This document shows positions 19,148-30,926 of a DNA stretch of 32,000 nt, piece after piece. Position numbers and translations under genes: made by a program. How positions within the stretch are numbered: position 1 is the stretch's first letter; each line of letters starts with the position of its first letter. The notes beneath the pieces are model-generated. The model was given only the letters and a program-made list of their open reading frames with translations. It searched no databases and was not told where the DNA came from. This DNA comes from Nakamurella sp. (GTDB lineage Bacteria > Actinomycetota > Actinomycetes > Mycobacteriales > Nakamurellaceae), in contig CBDIDW010000006.1 of NCBI GenBank assembly GCA_965277905.1, positions 83,410-115,409 of the forward strand. The letters are read 5' to 3'.

Positions 19148-20452
19148 ATGGCACCCGGACGGGCCGCACCGGCACTCTTCACCGACCAGTACGAGCTGAC
19201 CATGCTCGAGGCCGCGCTGGACGACGGCACCGCGGAGCGGCACTGCACCTTCGAGGTCTTCGCCCGCCGCCTGCCGACCGGCCGCCGCTACGGCGTGGTC
19301 GCCGGAACCGGCCGACTGCTGGATCTGCTGCCCTCGTTCCGGTTCGACGACATCGCCCTGGCCGCGGTGGAGCCCATCCTGAATCGTCGCACCCTGGAGC
19401 ACCTGGGCGGGTGGCACTTCGACGGCGACATCGACGGCTACCCGGAGGGTGAGCTGTATTTTCCCGACTCTCCGATCCTGACTGTGACCGGCTCGTTCAC
19501 CTGCGCCGTGCTGCTGGAGACAGTGATCCTGTCGATCCTCAACCACGACAGCGCCATTGCCTCGGCCGCGGCCCGGATGGTCTCGGCCGCCGACGGCCGC
19601 ACGCTGATCGAGATGGGTGGACGGCGTACCCACGAAGAAGCTGCGGTGGCGGCGGCGCGAGCCGCCTACCTGGCCGGCTTCACGGCCACGTCGAACCTGG
19701 AGGCCGGCCGCCGTCACGGCATCCCCACCACCGGAACGGCCGCGCACGCGTTCACTTTGCTGCACGACGACGAGCGGGCCGCGTTCGACGCCCAGGTGGC
19801 CGCCCTGGGCGTGGGGACCACGTTGCTGGTGGACACCTACGACATCACCCAGGGCATCGAGAACGCCGTCGCCGCCGCCGGTCCGGAACTCGGGGCGATC
19901 CGGATCGACTCCGGCGACCTGGGTGTGCTGGCCCGGGAGGCGCGCGCCCAGCTCGACTCGTTGGGGGCGCACCACACCCGGATCGTGCTCTCCGGCGACC
20001 TGGACGAGTTCGCCATCGCCGCACTGCGCTCCGATCCGGTGGACGCCTACGGGGTCGGTACCTCGCTGGTCACCGGGTCCGGTGCGCCGACCGCCGGCAT
20101 GGTCTACAAGCTCACCGAGGTCGACGGCCGCCCGGTGGCCAAACGCAGCTCGAACAAGGCCTCCCTCGGCGGCGCCAAGGGCGCGCTGCGCCGGCACCGG
20201 TCCACCGGCACGGCCACCGAGGAGGTCGTCTACCTGCGCCAGGGCCCGACGCCGCCGGTCGCCGCGGGCGACCGCGACCTGGTCGTCCCACTGGTCCGGT
20301 CGGGCCGGGTGCTGCCCGACCTGCCCGACCTGGCCCAGGGTCGGTCCCGGCTGGCCGAGGCCCTGATCAGCCTGCCCTGGGAGGGCCTGAAACTGTCCCA
20401 GGGCGAACCCGCCATTCCCACCGTGTTGCCCGACCTGCCGGAGCGAAGATGA
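19148..20452 (+). CDS. pncB: nicotinate phosphoribosyltransferase
   Basis: LFTDQYELTMLEAAL, FEVFARRLPTGRRYGV, GTAAHAFTLLHDDE, GAIRIDSGDLGVLAREAR, VYKLTEVDGRPVAKRS. Confidence 0.95.
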   Translation: MAPGRAAPALFTDQYELTMLEAALDDGTAERHCTFEVFARRLPTGRRYGVVAGTGRLLDLLPSFRFDDIALAAVEPILNRRTLEHLGGWHFDGDIDGYPEGELYFPDSPILTVTGSFTCAVLLETVILSILNHDSAIASAAARMVSAADGRTLIEMGGRRTHEEAAVAAARAAYLAGFTATSNLEAGRRHGIPTTGTAAHAFTLLHDDERAAFDAQVAALGVGTTLLVDTYDITQGIENAVAAAGPELGAIRIDSGDLGVLAREARAQLDSLGAHHTRIVLSGDLDEFAIAALRSDPVDAYGVGTSLVTGSGAPTAGMVYKLTEVDGRPVAKRSSNKASLGGAKGALRRHRSTGTATEEVVYLRQGPTPPVAAGDRDLVVPLVRSGRVLPDLPDLAQGRSRLAEALISLPWEGLKLSQGEPAIPTVLPDLPERR

Positions 20453-21066
20453 CCCCCTCCCCCGCCGAAACGGCCGCTGCGTTGGAGTTCTCACCCACCC
20501 GGGCCCTCGTGGTGACGGACATGCAGCACGATTTCGGCGATCCGTCCGGGTCGCTCTTCGTGCCCGGCGCGCCGGAGATCGTGGCCGGCATCGTCGAACA
20601 GATCCGGGGTACCGCCGCCGCCGGCGGCCTGGTCGTCTACACGCAGGACTGGCATCCCGCACACACCCCGCACTTCGCGGTGGACGGCGGGCTCTGGCCG
20701 GTGCACTGCGTGATGGGCACCGCGGGCGCCGATTTCCTGCCCGATCTGCCCGTGGTAGGTCCGGTGGTGCGCAAGGGATCCGGGCCCGAGGACGGATACT
20801 CCGGCTTCTCCGTGTTGCACATCCCCACCGGCCGGACCCAGGGCACCGAGCTGTCCACGATCCTGGACGAGAACGGGATCATGGCCCTGACCGTGGTCGG
20901 GCTGGCCGGCGACTGGTGCGTCAAGGCCACCGCCATCGACGGGGTCAACCTCGGTTACAAGACCACGGTTCCGCTGTCGCTGACCCGGTTCGTCGAGTTG
21001 CGCGAGGGCGACACCGAGGCCGCGGTGGCCGCCATGCGGGAGGCCGGTGTCATCGTTCTCGACTGA
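20449..21066 (+). CDS. pncA: nicotinamidase / isochorismatase family hydrolase
   Basis: ALVVTDMQHDF, VVYTQDWHPAHTPHF, WPVHCVMGTAGADF, VVGLAGDWCVKATAID; ATGA overlap with pncB stop. Confidence 0.94.
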   Translation: MTPSPAETAAALEFSPTRALVVTDMQHDFGDPSGSLFVPGAPEIVAGIVEQIRGTAAAGGLVVYTQDWHPAHTPHFAVDGGLWPVHCVMGTAGADFLPDLPVVGPVVRKGSGPEDGYSGFSVLHIPTGRTQGTELSTILDENGIMALTVVGLAGDWCVKATAIDGVNLGYKTTVPLSLTRFVELREGDTEAAVAAMREAGVIVLD

Positions 21067-21113
21067 TCTCGACCTGCGCAGGCGGCCCATCCGAGATGGT
21101 CCAGAATGACCGG

Positions 21114-23038
<1,925 letters not shown>

Positions 23039-23042
<4 letters not shown>

Positions 23043-23872
23043 TCCGCGAACGTCGCGATCACGGTGACCGTGCCGGGCGCGACCTCGGTGAAACCGGCGT
23101 CCCGGACCGCCAGCAGCCGCCGCCGGGTCCACGCGCGTTCCGGATCGTCCAGCTCGCTCCGCAGCCCCGGCCAGGTGTTCTCATCGGCCCGATGCACCAC
23201 CGCGGCGCAGCCGGCGTCGTGCCATCGGTGCAGGGCGGCTCGGTCGGACCCGGCCAGCAGCGCGGCCGCGATCATGCCGGCGTGCCCGGCCTGGGCCACG
23301 CCCTTGCCCAAGGTCATGGCCAGCGCACTCGGCACGACGACGGTGAGCCTGGGTGCAGGTGGGTCGCTCGGAGCGGGGTCGACCTCGACGTCGGTGCCGC
23401 CGACCTGCAGCACGGTGATGCGGCGGTCCAGCTCGGCGACCCGGCCCGGGACGAGGGTGCGGATCTGCGTCACGCCGTCGGTCAGGGTCAGTCCGGGGAG
23501 ATCGGCGGTGGCCGTCCATTGACCGGCCCGAGCCCGACGGGTCACCTTGCGGATGTGTCCGCGGCAGTAGGCCGCGACCGCCTCGTGCCATTCGCCCCCG
23601 GGGTCGGAGCGAGCGTCCAGGCACAGGGCTGCGGCCCCACTCGCGGCCAGGGCGAGCGCCGTGTGCCAGGAGGGAGGCTGCGCCCGCTCCATCCGCACGA
23701 TGAGCTGCATGGCCCGGATGTCGACCGCGGCTTCTTCCCGGTCCTGCTCGACCTCGGCCCGATCCAGCCCCAACCACCGCGCGTACCGCGCGGCCAGCGG
23801 CCGCAACACCTCACCCGCCACGTCACGCCCACCTTTCTGCGCGCGGATCATCTTCTCGCCGCGCGGATCCAC
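23039..23872 (-). CDS. PTH2 family peptidyl-tRNA hydrolase-like protein
   Basis: C-terminal LTVVVPSALAMTLGKGVAQAGHAGMIAAALL matches the PTH2 catalytic-site pattern; GTG start 23872 or ATG 23851. Confidence 0.8.
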
Positions 23873-23906
23873 GGCACGTTTTTCTCGTACTTCAGGGGCA
23901 AAAGGC

Positions 23907-23944
23907 TGCTGTGGATCCGCGCAGCGTGCTGTGGATCCGCGCAG
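23907..23944. repeat. two direct 18-bp copies of TGCTGTGGATCCGCGCAG (20-bp period), with a 16/18 inverted copy at 23859-23876
   Basis: Seen directly: tgctgtggatccgcgcag-cg-tgctgtggatccgcgcag, and ccgcgcggatccacggca at 23859-23876. Confidence 0.9.
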
Positions 23945-23949
23945 GAAGC

Positions 23950-25149
23950 TCAGCCCAGGGGGACGCGGCGAAAGGAACCATCGGCGGCGTCAGCGGCCTC
24001 GACCTCGTCCCGGGTGATGCCCAGGATGAACAGCACCGGGTCGAGGAAGGGCTGGTTCAAGGCGGTGTCGGCGGACTCGGCGACCACCGGCTTGGCGTTG
24101 AACGCGATCCCCAGACCCGCCGCGGCCAGCATGTCAATGTCGTTGGCACCGTCGCCCACGGCCACCGTCTGGTCCATGGTCACCCCCGACTCGGCCGCGA
24201 AACGCTCCAGAGCCCGGGCCTTGCCGGCCCGATCCACGATCTCCCCGACCAACCGCCCGGTGAGCCGACCGTCCGCCACCTCCAGGGTGTTGGCCGCGGC
24301 GAAGTCCAGCCGCAGCTCCTCGACCAGGTGCGCGGTGACCTGGGCGAAGCCGCCGGATACGATTCCGCACCGATAGCCCAGCCGCTTGAGGGTGCGGATG
24401 GTCGTCCGCGCCCCCGGCGTCAGCGGCAGTTCTCGCCCGACCTCGTCCAGCACGTCCGCGGACAGTCCGGCCAGCATCGACACCCGCTCGCGGAGCGAGG
24501 CCGCAAAGTCGAGCTCGCCCCGCATGGCCGCGGCGGTGATGCGTTCCACGGCAGCCCGGGTGCCGGTGCGCTCGGCCAGCAGCTCGATGACCTCGGCGCT
24601 GATCAGGGTGGAGTCGACGTCGAACACGATCAGCCGCTTGGCCCGCCGGGCAATCCCGGCCCGCTGCACCGCGATGTCGACGCCGGCGGTGGTGGCCACC
24701 CGGGCGACCGCCGTCCGCACCACGTCATCGTCCGCGGCGGTGACCGAAAGCTCCAAACCGGTCACCGGGTAGTCGGCGATACGGCTGATGGTCTCGACGT
24801 TCACCCCGATCTCGCCGAGCGCTCGGAACAATGCGGCCATGGCCCGGGCCCGCAACGGCCGGCCGAGCACGACCACGACGTGGCTCGGAGACCGCCGGGC
24901 GTCGGCGCCGGGCGGGTCGATGGCCACCCGGACCGAGATGCCCAACGCGGCCATGGCCTGTTCGACGTCCTCTTGCAGCGCCTCCGGATCGCCGGACGTA
25001 TCCACCAGGACCCCCAGGGTCAGGGCTCCCCGGATGACGACCTGGTCGATGTCGAGCACCTCGGCGTGATGCCCGGCCAAGGTGGTCAGCAGCACACCCG
25101 TCACGCCAGGTCGGTCCGTGCCGGTCACAGTCATCAGCACACGGGACAT
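23950..25149 (-). CDS. serB: phosphoserine phosphatase with N-terminal ACT domains
   Basis: HAD motif IVFDVDSTLISAEVIELLAE, CGIVSGGFAQVTAHL, TVAVGDGANDIDMLAAAGLGIAFNAKP. Confidence 0.95.
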   Translation of the reverse strand: MSRVLMTVTGTDRPGVTGVLLTTLAGHHAEVLDIDQVVIRGALTLGVLVDTSGDPEALQEDVEQAMAALGISVRVAIDPPGADARRSPSHVVVVLGRPLRARAMAALFRALGEIGVNVETISRIADYPVTGLELSVTAADDDVVRTAVARVATTAGVDIAVQRAGIARRAKRLIVFDVDSTLISAEVIELLAERTGTRAAVERITAAAMRGELDFAASLRERVSMLAGLSADVLDEVGRELPLTPGARTTIRTLKRLGYRCGIVSGGFAQVTAHLVEELRLDFAAANTLEVADGRLTGRLVGEIVDRAGKARALERFAAESGVTMDQTVAVGDGANDIDMLAAAGLGIAFNAKPVVAESADTALNQPFLDPVLFILGITRDEVEAADAADGSFRRVPLG

Positions 25150-25240
25150 CGGGCCGCTTCCTCACGCGTCGGGACGGACCCGACCCTCTCCACACTTCCG
25201 CGCGGGCCCGAAGCCTCGGACCCGCGCGGAGTATGCAATC

Positions 25241-26992
25241 TCAGTGGGAGGACCCAGCCGAATCCGGAATCTTCAGGTTCGCGCTGGACTCGGCCCTGTC
25301 CAGGCCTTCCCAGCCGCGCTTGGGATGAGCTTCGGTGCGCATTCGCTCGATCATGTGCGGATGGTGCAGCTCGAACGCGGGTCGCTCGGATCGGATCCGC
25401 GGTAGCGAGGTGAAGTTGTGCCGCGGTGGCGGACTCGAGGTCGCCCACTCCAACGAGTTCCCGTAGCCCCAGGGGTCGTCGGCCGTGGTGATCTCGCCGT
25501 GCCGGAGCGAGCGCAGCACGTTCCACACGAACGGCAGCGTGGAGGCTCCGAGAATGAACGACCCGATGGTCGAGAACGTGTTCAGGAAGGTGAACCCGTC
25601 GGTCGGGGCGTAGTCCGGATAGCGGCGAGGCATGCCCATCTCGCCCAGCCAGTGCTGGACCAGGAAGGTGGCGTGGAACCCGATGAACGTGGTCCAGAAG
25701 TGCAGCTTGCCCAGACCCTCGTCCAGGAACCGACCGGTCATCTTCGGGAACCAGAAGTAGATGCCGGAGTAGGTGGCGAACACGATCGTTCCGAAGAGCA
25801 CGTAGTGGAAGTGGGCGACTACGAAATAGGTGTCCGAGACCTGGAAGTCCAGGGCCGGGGCGGCCAGGATGACCCCGGTCAGACCCCCGAACAGGAAGGT
25901 GACCAGGAAGCCCGCCGCGAACAGCATCGGCGTCTCGAAGGTGATCTGCCCCCGCCACATGGTGCCGATCCAGTTGAAGAACTTCAGGCCGGTGGGCACC
26001 GCGATCAGGAAGGTCATCACCGAGAAGAACGGCAGCAGAACCGCGCCGGTGGCGAACATGTGGTGGGCCCACACGGCGACCGACAAGGCGCCGATCGAGA
26101 GGGTGGCATAGACCAGACCGCGATAGCCGAAGCACGGTTTTCGCGAGAAGACCGGGAAGACTTCGGTGACGATGCCGAAGAACGGCAACGCGATGATGTA
26201 CACCTCGGGATGCCCGAAGAACCAGAACAGGTGTTGGAACAGGATCGCCCCGCCGTTGGCCGGGTCGAAGACGTGCGATCCGAAGTGGCGGTCGGCGGCC
26301 AGACCGAACAGGGCCGCGGTCAGCACCGGGAATGCGATCAGGATCAGCACCGAGGTGACCAGGATGTTCCAGGTGAAGATGGGTAGCCGCCACATGGTCA
26401 TGCCGGGCGCGCGCAAGCAGATCACCGTGGTGATCATGTTCACCGCGCCCAGGATGGTGCCCAGCCCGGACACGGCCAGGCCCATGATCCACAGATCGCC
26501 GCCGGCACCGGGCGAGTTGATCGAGTTGGACAGCGGGGTGTACGCGGTCCAGCCGAACGCCGCCGCGCCGCCGGGAGTGAAGAAACCCGACACCGCGATG
26601 GTCGACCCGAACAAGTACAGCCAGTAGGAGAACGAGTTCAGCCGCGGGAAGGCCACATCCGGCGCGCCGATCTGGAGCGGAAGCACGAAGTTCGCGAACC
26701 CGAACACGATGGCCGTCGCGTAGAACAGCAACATGATCGTGCCGTGCATGGTGAACAGCTCGTTGTACTGCTCGTAGGTCAGGAACTGCAGGCCCGGCCG
26801 GGCGAGTTCGGCGCGCATCAGCAGCGCCATCACGCCGCCGATCATGAAGAACGTGAACGCCGTGCAGATGTACATCTTGCCCAGCGTCTTCGGATCCGTG
26901 GTCCGCAGATAGCCCAGCAGAGCCACCCCCGGCCGCATCGGCCGCACCGGGTTCGCCCTGGTGACGACAGGGCGTGGAACAACAGCGGTCAC
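25241..26992 (-). CDS. ctaD: cytochrome c oxidase subunit I (aa3-type)
   Basis: [87 protein letters not shown]. Confidence 0.97.
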   Translation of the reverse strand: MTAVVPRPVVTRANPVRPMRPGVALLGYLRTTDPKTLGKMYICTAFTFFMIGGVMALLMRAELARPGLQFLTYEQYNELFTMHGTIMLLFYATAIVFGFANFVLPLQIGAPDVAFPRLNSFSYWLYLFGSTIAVSGFFTPGGAAAFGWTAYTPLSNSINSPGAGGDLWIMGLAVSGLGTILGAVNMITTVICLRAPGMTMWRLPIFTWNILVTSVLILIAFPVLTAALFGLAADRHFGSHVFDPANGGAILFQHLFWFFGHPEVYIIALPFFGIVTEVFPVFSRKPCFGYRGLVYATLSIGALSVAVWAHHMFATGAVLLPFFSVMTFLIAVPTGLKFFNWIGTMWRGQITFETPMLFAAGFLVTFLFGGLTGVILAAPALDFQVSDTYFVVAHFHYVLFGTIVFATYSGIYFWFPKMTGRFLDEGLGKLHFWTTFIGFHATFLVQHWLGEMGMPRRYPDYAPTDGFTFLNTFSTIGSFILGASTLPFVWNVLRSLRHGEITTADDPWGYGNSLEWATSSPPPRHNFTSLPRIRSERPAFELHHPHMIERMRTEAHPKRGWEGLDRAESSANLKIPDSAGSSH

Positions 26993-27137
26993 AGCGGTCC
27001 TCCAGAGTTCGGCGCACCGGTCGCCGACACCGATCGGCGATAGTTGGAGCGTAGTCCGACATGACGTAGAAGGCTCCCCCCGGGGCGCTGTGCGTCGAAC
27101 AAGATCTCGCTGGCCGACGGCTCAGATCGCCGATAAC

Positions 27138-28268
27138 GTGCGCAAGGTGGACGATTCCGTCACCACCCTGGTCATCGGCGCCTCGGCGGCCGGCCTGGCC
27201 ACCGCGGCCTGTCTGCGCCGGGCCGGGCAGGACACGACCATCCTGGAAGCCGAGTCGACCGTCGCGCCGGTGTGGCGTCGGCACTACGACCGGCTGCACC
27301 TGCACACCCCGCGGTCGTCTTCGGGACTTCCGGGTCTGGCCATGCCGGCGAGCTGGCCGCGGTATCCCAGTCGCGATCAGGTGGTCGAGTACCTGGAGCA
27401 GTACCAGCGCCGCCACCGGCTCGAACCGCACTTCGGCCGGCGCGTGGTCGAGGTGGTTCGCACCGACCCCGGGTGGTCGGTGCGAACCGCAGACCGCAGC
27501 TTCCGGGCCCGCAACGTGGTGGTGGCCACTGGTTTCGCCCGGCGTCCGGTCCGCCCGACCTGGCCCGGGCTGGCCGGGTTCCGGGGTCGGGTGCTGCACT
27601 CGTCCGGGTTCGGCTCCGGGGCGGACTTCCGAGGCCGCAAGGTGCTGGTGGTCGGGTTCGGGAATTCGGCCTGCGAGCAGGCCATCGACCTGGTCGAGCA
27701 GGGCGCGCAGGTCCGGCAGTCGGTCCGCTCCGGAGTCAACGTGCTGCCCCGCGATGTCGGCGGGCTGGTGCCGGTGGTGACCCTGGGCCGCTACCTGCGC
27801 GCCTTTCCCAGCCGGGTGGGCGACGCGCTGGCCTGGCCCGCGGTCCGCCTGTCGGTGGGTGACATCCGGCGGCTCGGGCTGCCCAAGTCGGAGCTGGGAC
27901 CGATCACCCAGGTCATTCGGCGCAACCAGAGCCCGGTGCTGGACATCGGCACGATCGCCTTGCTGCGGGCCGGCCGCCTGTCCGTGACGGGGCCGATCGA
28001 CCACTTCACGGCCGATTCGGTGGTGTTCGCGGATGGCTCCGAGTGGGATCCGGACGCGGTGGTGCTGGGTACCGGTTACCGCCCGGCGCTGGAGGAATTC
28101 CTAGCCGATTGGCGTGCGGTCTGCACTCCGGCCGGTCTGGTTCAGAGCTCGGGTCGCCCGACCGCACTGCCCGGCCTGTTCTTCTGCGGCCAGTACGTCT
28201 CCCCGGCCGGCATGCTCCGTGAGATCGGCCTCGAGGCCCGACGCATCGCCGCCCACCTGGCCGGCTGA
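27138..28268 (+). CDS. FAD/NAD(P)-binding oxidoreductase (flavin-containing monooxygenase-like)
   Basis: LVIGASAAGLATAACLRRAG, VVVATGFARRPVRP, VLVVGFGNSACEQAIDL, VVLGTGYRP. GTG start, exact codon uncertain (27138 or 27147). Confidence 0.85.
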   Translation: MRKVDDSVTTLVIGASAAGLATAACLRRAGQDTTILEAESTVAPVWRRHYDRLHLHTPRSSSGLPGLAMPASWPRYPSRDQVVEYLEQYQRRHRLEPHFGRRVVEVVRTDPGWSVRTADRSFRARNVVVATGFARRPVRPTWPGLAGFRGRVLHSSGFGSGADFRGRKVLVVGFGNSACEQAIDLVEQGAQVRQSVRSGVNVLPRDVGGLVPVVTLGRYLRAFPSRVGDALAWPAVRLSVGDIRRLGLPKSELGPITQVIRRNQSPVLDIGTIALLRAGRLSVTGPIDHFTADSVVFADGSEWDPDAVVLGTGYRPALEEFLADWRAVCTPAGLVQSSGRPTALPGLFFCGQYVSPAGMLREIGLEARRIAAHLAG

Positions 28269-28290
28269 GTCGCTTCGCGGTCCCCGGTAC

Positions 28291-28327
28291 GAGAAAGAGA
28301 CCGGGCAAGATGCCCGGTCTCCTTCTC
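28291..28327. terminator. strong near-perfect stem-loop, probable bidirectional transcription terminator
   Basis: gagaaagagaccgggc / aagat / gcccggtctccttctc: 16-nt arms with one mismatch and a 5-nt loop, between the oxidoreductase stop (28268) and tRNA-Ala 3' end (28335), which are convergent. Confidence 0.75.
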
Positions 28328-28334
28328 GTTCACG

Positions 28335-28407
28335 TGGAGCTGAGGGGACTCGAACCCCTGACCCCCACACTGCCAGTGTGGTGCGCTACCAGCTGCGCCA
28401 CAGCCCC
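28335..28407 (-). tRNA. tRNA-Ala(GGC)
   Basis: Minus strand GGGGCTGTGGCGCAGCTGGTAGCGCACCACACTGGCAGTGTGGGGGTCAGGGGTTCGAGTCCCCTCAGCTCCA; anticodon loop CTGGCAG. Confidence 0.95.
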
Positions 28408-28470
28408 GTGAAGCTGCTGGGACACACTATCAACAGCACTCCGGCGCTGCGAATCAGCGCCTCCTCGCCA

Positions 28471-29331
28471 TCAGCCGACGAGGTTGCTGAGCCAGTCCGT
28501 GGAGTTGATGTCCAGCGCCGTCCCGTCCTTGAGCACGGTCGGCGTTCCCACCGCGCCAGTGGCGGCCTGCATCTGACTCTCCTTGGTGGCGTTCGTCGAG
28601 GTGGCCAGGGCCACGTTGCTGCCGGAGCTGATGCAGGAGACGGCCGTCGTCGTGGCGCCGTCGCCCTTGGCCAGGTCGGCCAGTTGCTGGTTACTCAGGT
28701 CGGTGCTGCCGTTCTCGGCCGGCTTGGTGTCGTCGGCATACAGGTGGGTCAGATACTTCAAAAACGTGCCCTTGGGGGCGGCCGTGTCGGCGCCCACACA
28801 GAGCAGGGCTGCGGCGGCCCGGGTCGAATAGTTCTTGGAAGCCGAGGAGGAGTCCAGGATTGCCACCATTTGGTAGCGGACCTGGAGTTTGCCCTGGTCG
28901 ACGGCCTTATTGATCTGCTGCGAGTATTGGTGCTCGAAGTCCTGACAAATCGGGCACAACGCATCCTGATAGACGTCGATGGTCACCGCCGGGGTGGTGC
29001 CGTTGTTCACGGTGACAACGCCGTTGGCCATGGTGGACACCGAGGTGATCGACGGGCCGTAGCCGTCGTCCGGCGTAGCTGACCTGTTCTTGTAGATGAC
29101 CACCCCGACCACCACGACCACCGCCAGCAACACCACGGCGATGCCGCCGATGATCAATTGGTTGCGGTCGGAACCGGGCTTGGCCCGACGGGCGGCCGCC
29201 ACCGACTGGCGACCGGCCGCGGCGCTGCCCTGCGGTCGGTTCGGCGGCTTCTTGGCGGACCCGGCGGGGCGAGAGCCGTTGCCACCCTTCGCCACACTGG
29301 TGCTGGGACTGCTCGTCTTCGCCTTCGCCAC
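28471..29331 (-). CDS. membrane-anchored DsbA family/thioredoxin-like protein
   Basis: Single TM (LIIGGIAVVLLAVVVVVGVVIY) then VTIDVYQDALCPICQDFEHQY (CPxC active site) and GTPTVLKDG (cis-Pro loop). Confidence 0.9.
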   Translation of the reverse strand: MAKAKTSSPSTSVAKGGNGSRPAGSAKKPPNRPQGSAAAGRQSVAAARRAKPGSDRNQLIIGGIAVVLLAVVVVVGVVIYKNRSATPDDGYGPSITSVSTMANGVVTVNNGTTPAVTIDVYQDALCPICQDFEHQYSQQINKAVDQGKLQVRYQMVAILDSSSASKNYSTRAAAALLCVGADTAAPKGTFLKYLTHLYADDTKPAENGSTDLSNQQLADLAKGDGATTTAVSCISSGSNVALATSTNATKESQMQAATGAVGTPTVLKDGTALDINSTDWLSNLVG

Positions 29332-29384
29332 CTGCTCCTACGCTTTCCATCCGATTCGCTGAAACTCGAGTCTTACGTGCTTGT

Positions 29385-29891
29385 TCAACTATCCATGGTG
29401 ACCGGCTGCCGGTGCCGGCCCACGAATCCGTCCACCGACAGCGGTGTCTCACTACGCCAGATGAGCCATCCGGCCAGGGCCAGAAAGCCCACGTCACGCA
29501 GGATTTCCAGGGTGTAGGTGGTCGCCCCGGTAGTGACCTGTCCGCCACCGCCGAAACAGCCGCAGTCGATCGACAGCCCTCGCGCCGCGGCCGAAATCAC
29601 GCCGGCAATGAACGCGAGCAAGAGCACTGCGCCGAGCACTGCGGCGAGTCGGGTGGCCATTCCGACCAGCAACAGCAGCCCCACCCCGATCTCCAGGAAG
29701 GGGAGCACCGCCGCGATCGCGGACGCGACCGACGAGGAGAACAGCCGGTAGCCCCGCACCGCGACCAGGGTCTCCCGAGGATCAAGGGCCTTGACCGTGC
29801 CCGAGGTCAGGAACACCGCCGCCAGACCCAGCCGCGCGAGCAAGCCGATCACCGGCAATACCCGCGGGGACGCGGACCCTGGTTGAGCCAC
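29385..29891 (-). CDS. MauE/DoxX-like redox-associated membrane protein
   Basis: LLARLGLAAVFLTSGTVKALDP, IDCGCFGGGG motif, four TM segments; next to the DsbA-like gene. Confidence 0.85.
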   Translation of the reverse strand: MAQPGSASPRVLPVIGLLARLGLAAVFLTSGTVKALDPRETLVAVRGYRLFSSSVASAIAAVLPFLEIGVGLLLLVGMATRLAAVLGAVLLLAFIAGVISAAARGLSIDCGCFGGGGQVTTGATTYTLEILRDVGFLALAGWLIWRSETPLSVDGFVGRHRQPVTMDS

Positions 29892-29964
29892 GATTGCCGA
29901 GCCTAGAGCGACCCATGGTCAGGCAGCTGTGAGCGAGATTCGACAGGGATGAGAGGCGCCGGCC

Positions 29965-30639
29965 TCAGGACGTCTGGTCCGACGAGCCCGCTGGGCCGTC
30001 GATGTCCCAGCCGACGGCGGCCAGCCTCTCCTTCACGCGAGCCACATCCGACGGGTCCGGCATCTCGTTGGTGATCTTGGTGATCAGCACCCCGATGTCG
30101 ACGGTGTGCAACGGCGAATCCGGGTTCCGGTCGAGGTCGGCGACGATCCAGCCGATCTCCTCGTCGGTCAGCCGGCGGCGCATCAGTGCCAGCAGCGGAA
30201 AGTGGTCCTGCTCAGGGACACCGGTCGGGTAACCCGCCCGTAACCAGCTGACCACCGACGACAGCAGGGCTCGCCGCGGCGGCGAGCTGGGGGCACCGAC
30301 ACCGGATCGCTCCAAGGGCCACCCGGCCGCAGCGAGACGCCCGGCCACCGCGGCCACGTCGTCGTCGCTCGGCGGCTGTTGCGCGACCTGACCGATCGCC
30401 GCAGCGATGTCCGATCGGCCGACGGGCAGACTGTCCGACTCCTGCAGCAGGCCCAGGATCTGCTCCAGTTCCTGCTCGGTCAGCCGCCGGTGCAGCAACG
30501 CCACCAGCGGGATGTAGTCCTTGGGCGGCACACCCTCGGGGTAGCCCTTCCGCAACCAATTCAGGATCGCGGTGATCACACCGCCAGTCTGCCCGGCACC
30601 GGCGCTCGACCCGCCGGGCGACGCCTGCGTCGCCGTCAC
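29965..30639 (-). CDS. protein with two tandem DUF3349-like domains
   Basis: Two internal homologous halves: ILNWLRKGYPEGVPPKDYIPLVALLHRRLTEQELEQIL... and VVSWLRAGYPTGVPEQDHFPLLALMRRRLTDEEIGWIV... Confidence 0.8.
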   Translation of the reverse strand: MTATQASPGGSSAGAGQTGGVITAILNWLRKGYPEGVPPKDYIPLVALLHRRLTEQELEQILGLLQESDSLPVGRSDIAAAIGQVAQQPPSDDDVAAVAGRLAAAGWPLERSGVGAPSSPPRRALLSSVVSWLRAGYPTGVPEQDHFPLLALMRRRLTDEEIGWIVADLDRNPDSPLHTVDIGVLITKITNEMPDPSDVARVKERLAAVGWDIDGPAGSSDQTS

Positions 30640-30640
30640 C

Positions 30641-30895
30641 TCAGGACAGACCGAACTTGGCCAGGAATGCCTTGGTCGCGGTCAGGATGATGAGGCCGAC
30701 CACGACGACCACCGCAATGATGGCGAAGCACACGGTCGAACCGGCTCGATTCAGTACCGAGACCGCCCCGCCGTTGGCCGAGGGTGCATTCAGTCGGATC
30801 CCGACCGCGAAGAGGGCGGGCAGCCCTGCGCCTAGGACGAGCCCCACCAGCAGGACCTTCCAGATGGGCGCGACCGACGTCCACACAGCGGACAT
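30641..30895 (-). CDS. small two-TM membrane protein (84 aa)
   Basis: MSAVWTSVAPIWKVLLVGLVLGAGLPALFAVGIRLNAP...AGSTVCFAIIAVVVVVGLIILTATKAFLAKFGLS; between a PiT transporter and a DUF3349 gene. Confidence 0.8.
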   Translation of the reverse strand: MSAVWTSVAPIWKVLLVGLVLGAGLPALFAVGIRLNAPSANGGAVSVLNRAGSTVCFAIIAVVVVVGLIILTATKAFLAKFGLS

Positions 30896-30926
30896 GGTGT
30901 GTACCTCTTTCTCGAATGGGTGCGGG

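Noticed and set aside
19022-20662. 546-aa minus-strand ORF
   Set aside because: Antisense to pncB and pncA, which are unambiguous.
23911-25413. 500-aa plus-strand ORF
   Set aside because: Antisense to serB, which carries intact HAD and ACT motifs.
25134-28004. 956-aa minus-strand ORF
   Set aside because: Out-of-frame shadow running through ctaD and antisense to the flavoprotein oxidoreductase; low-complexity Arg/His/Gly composition.
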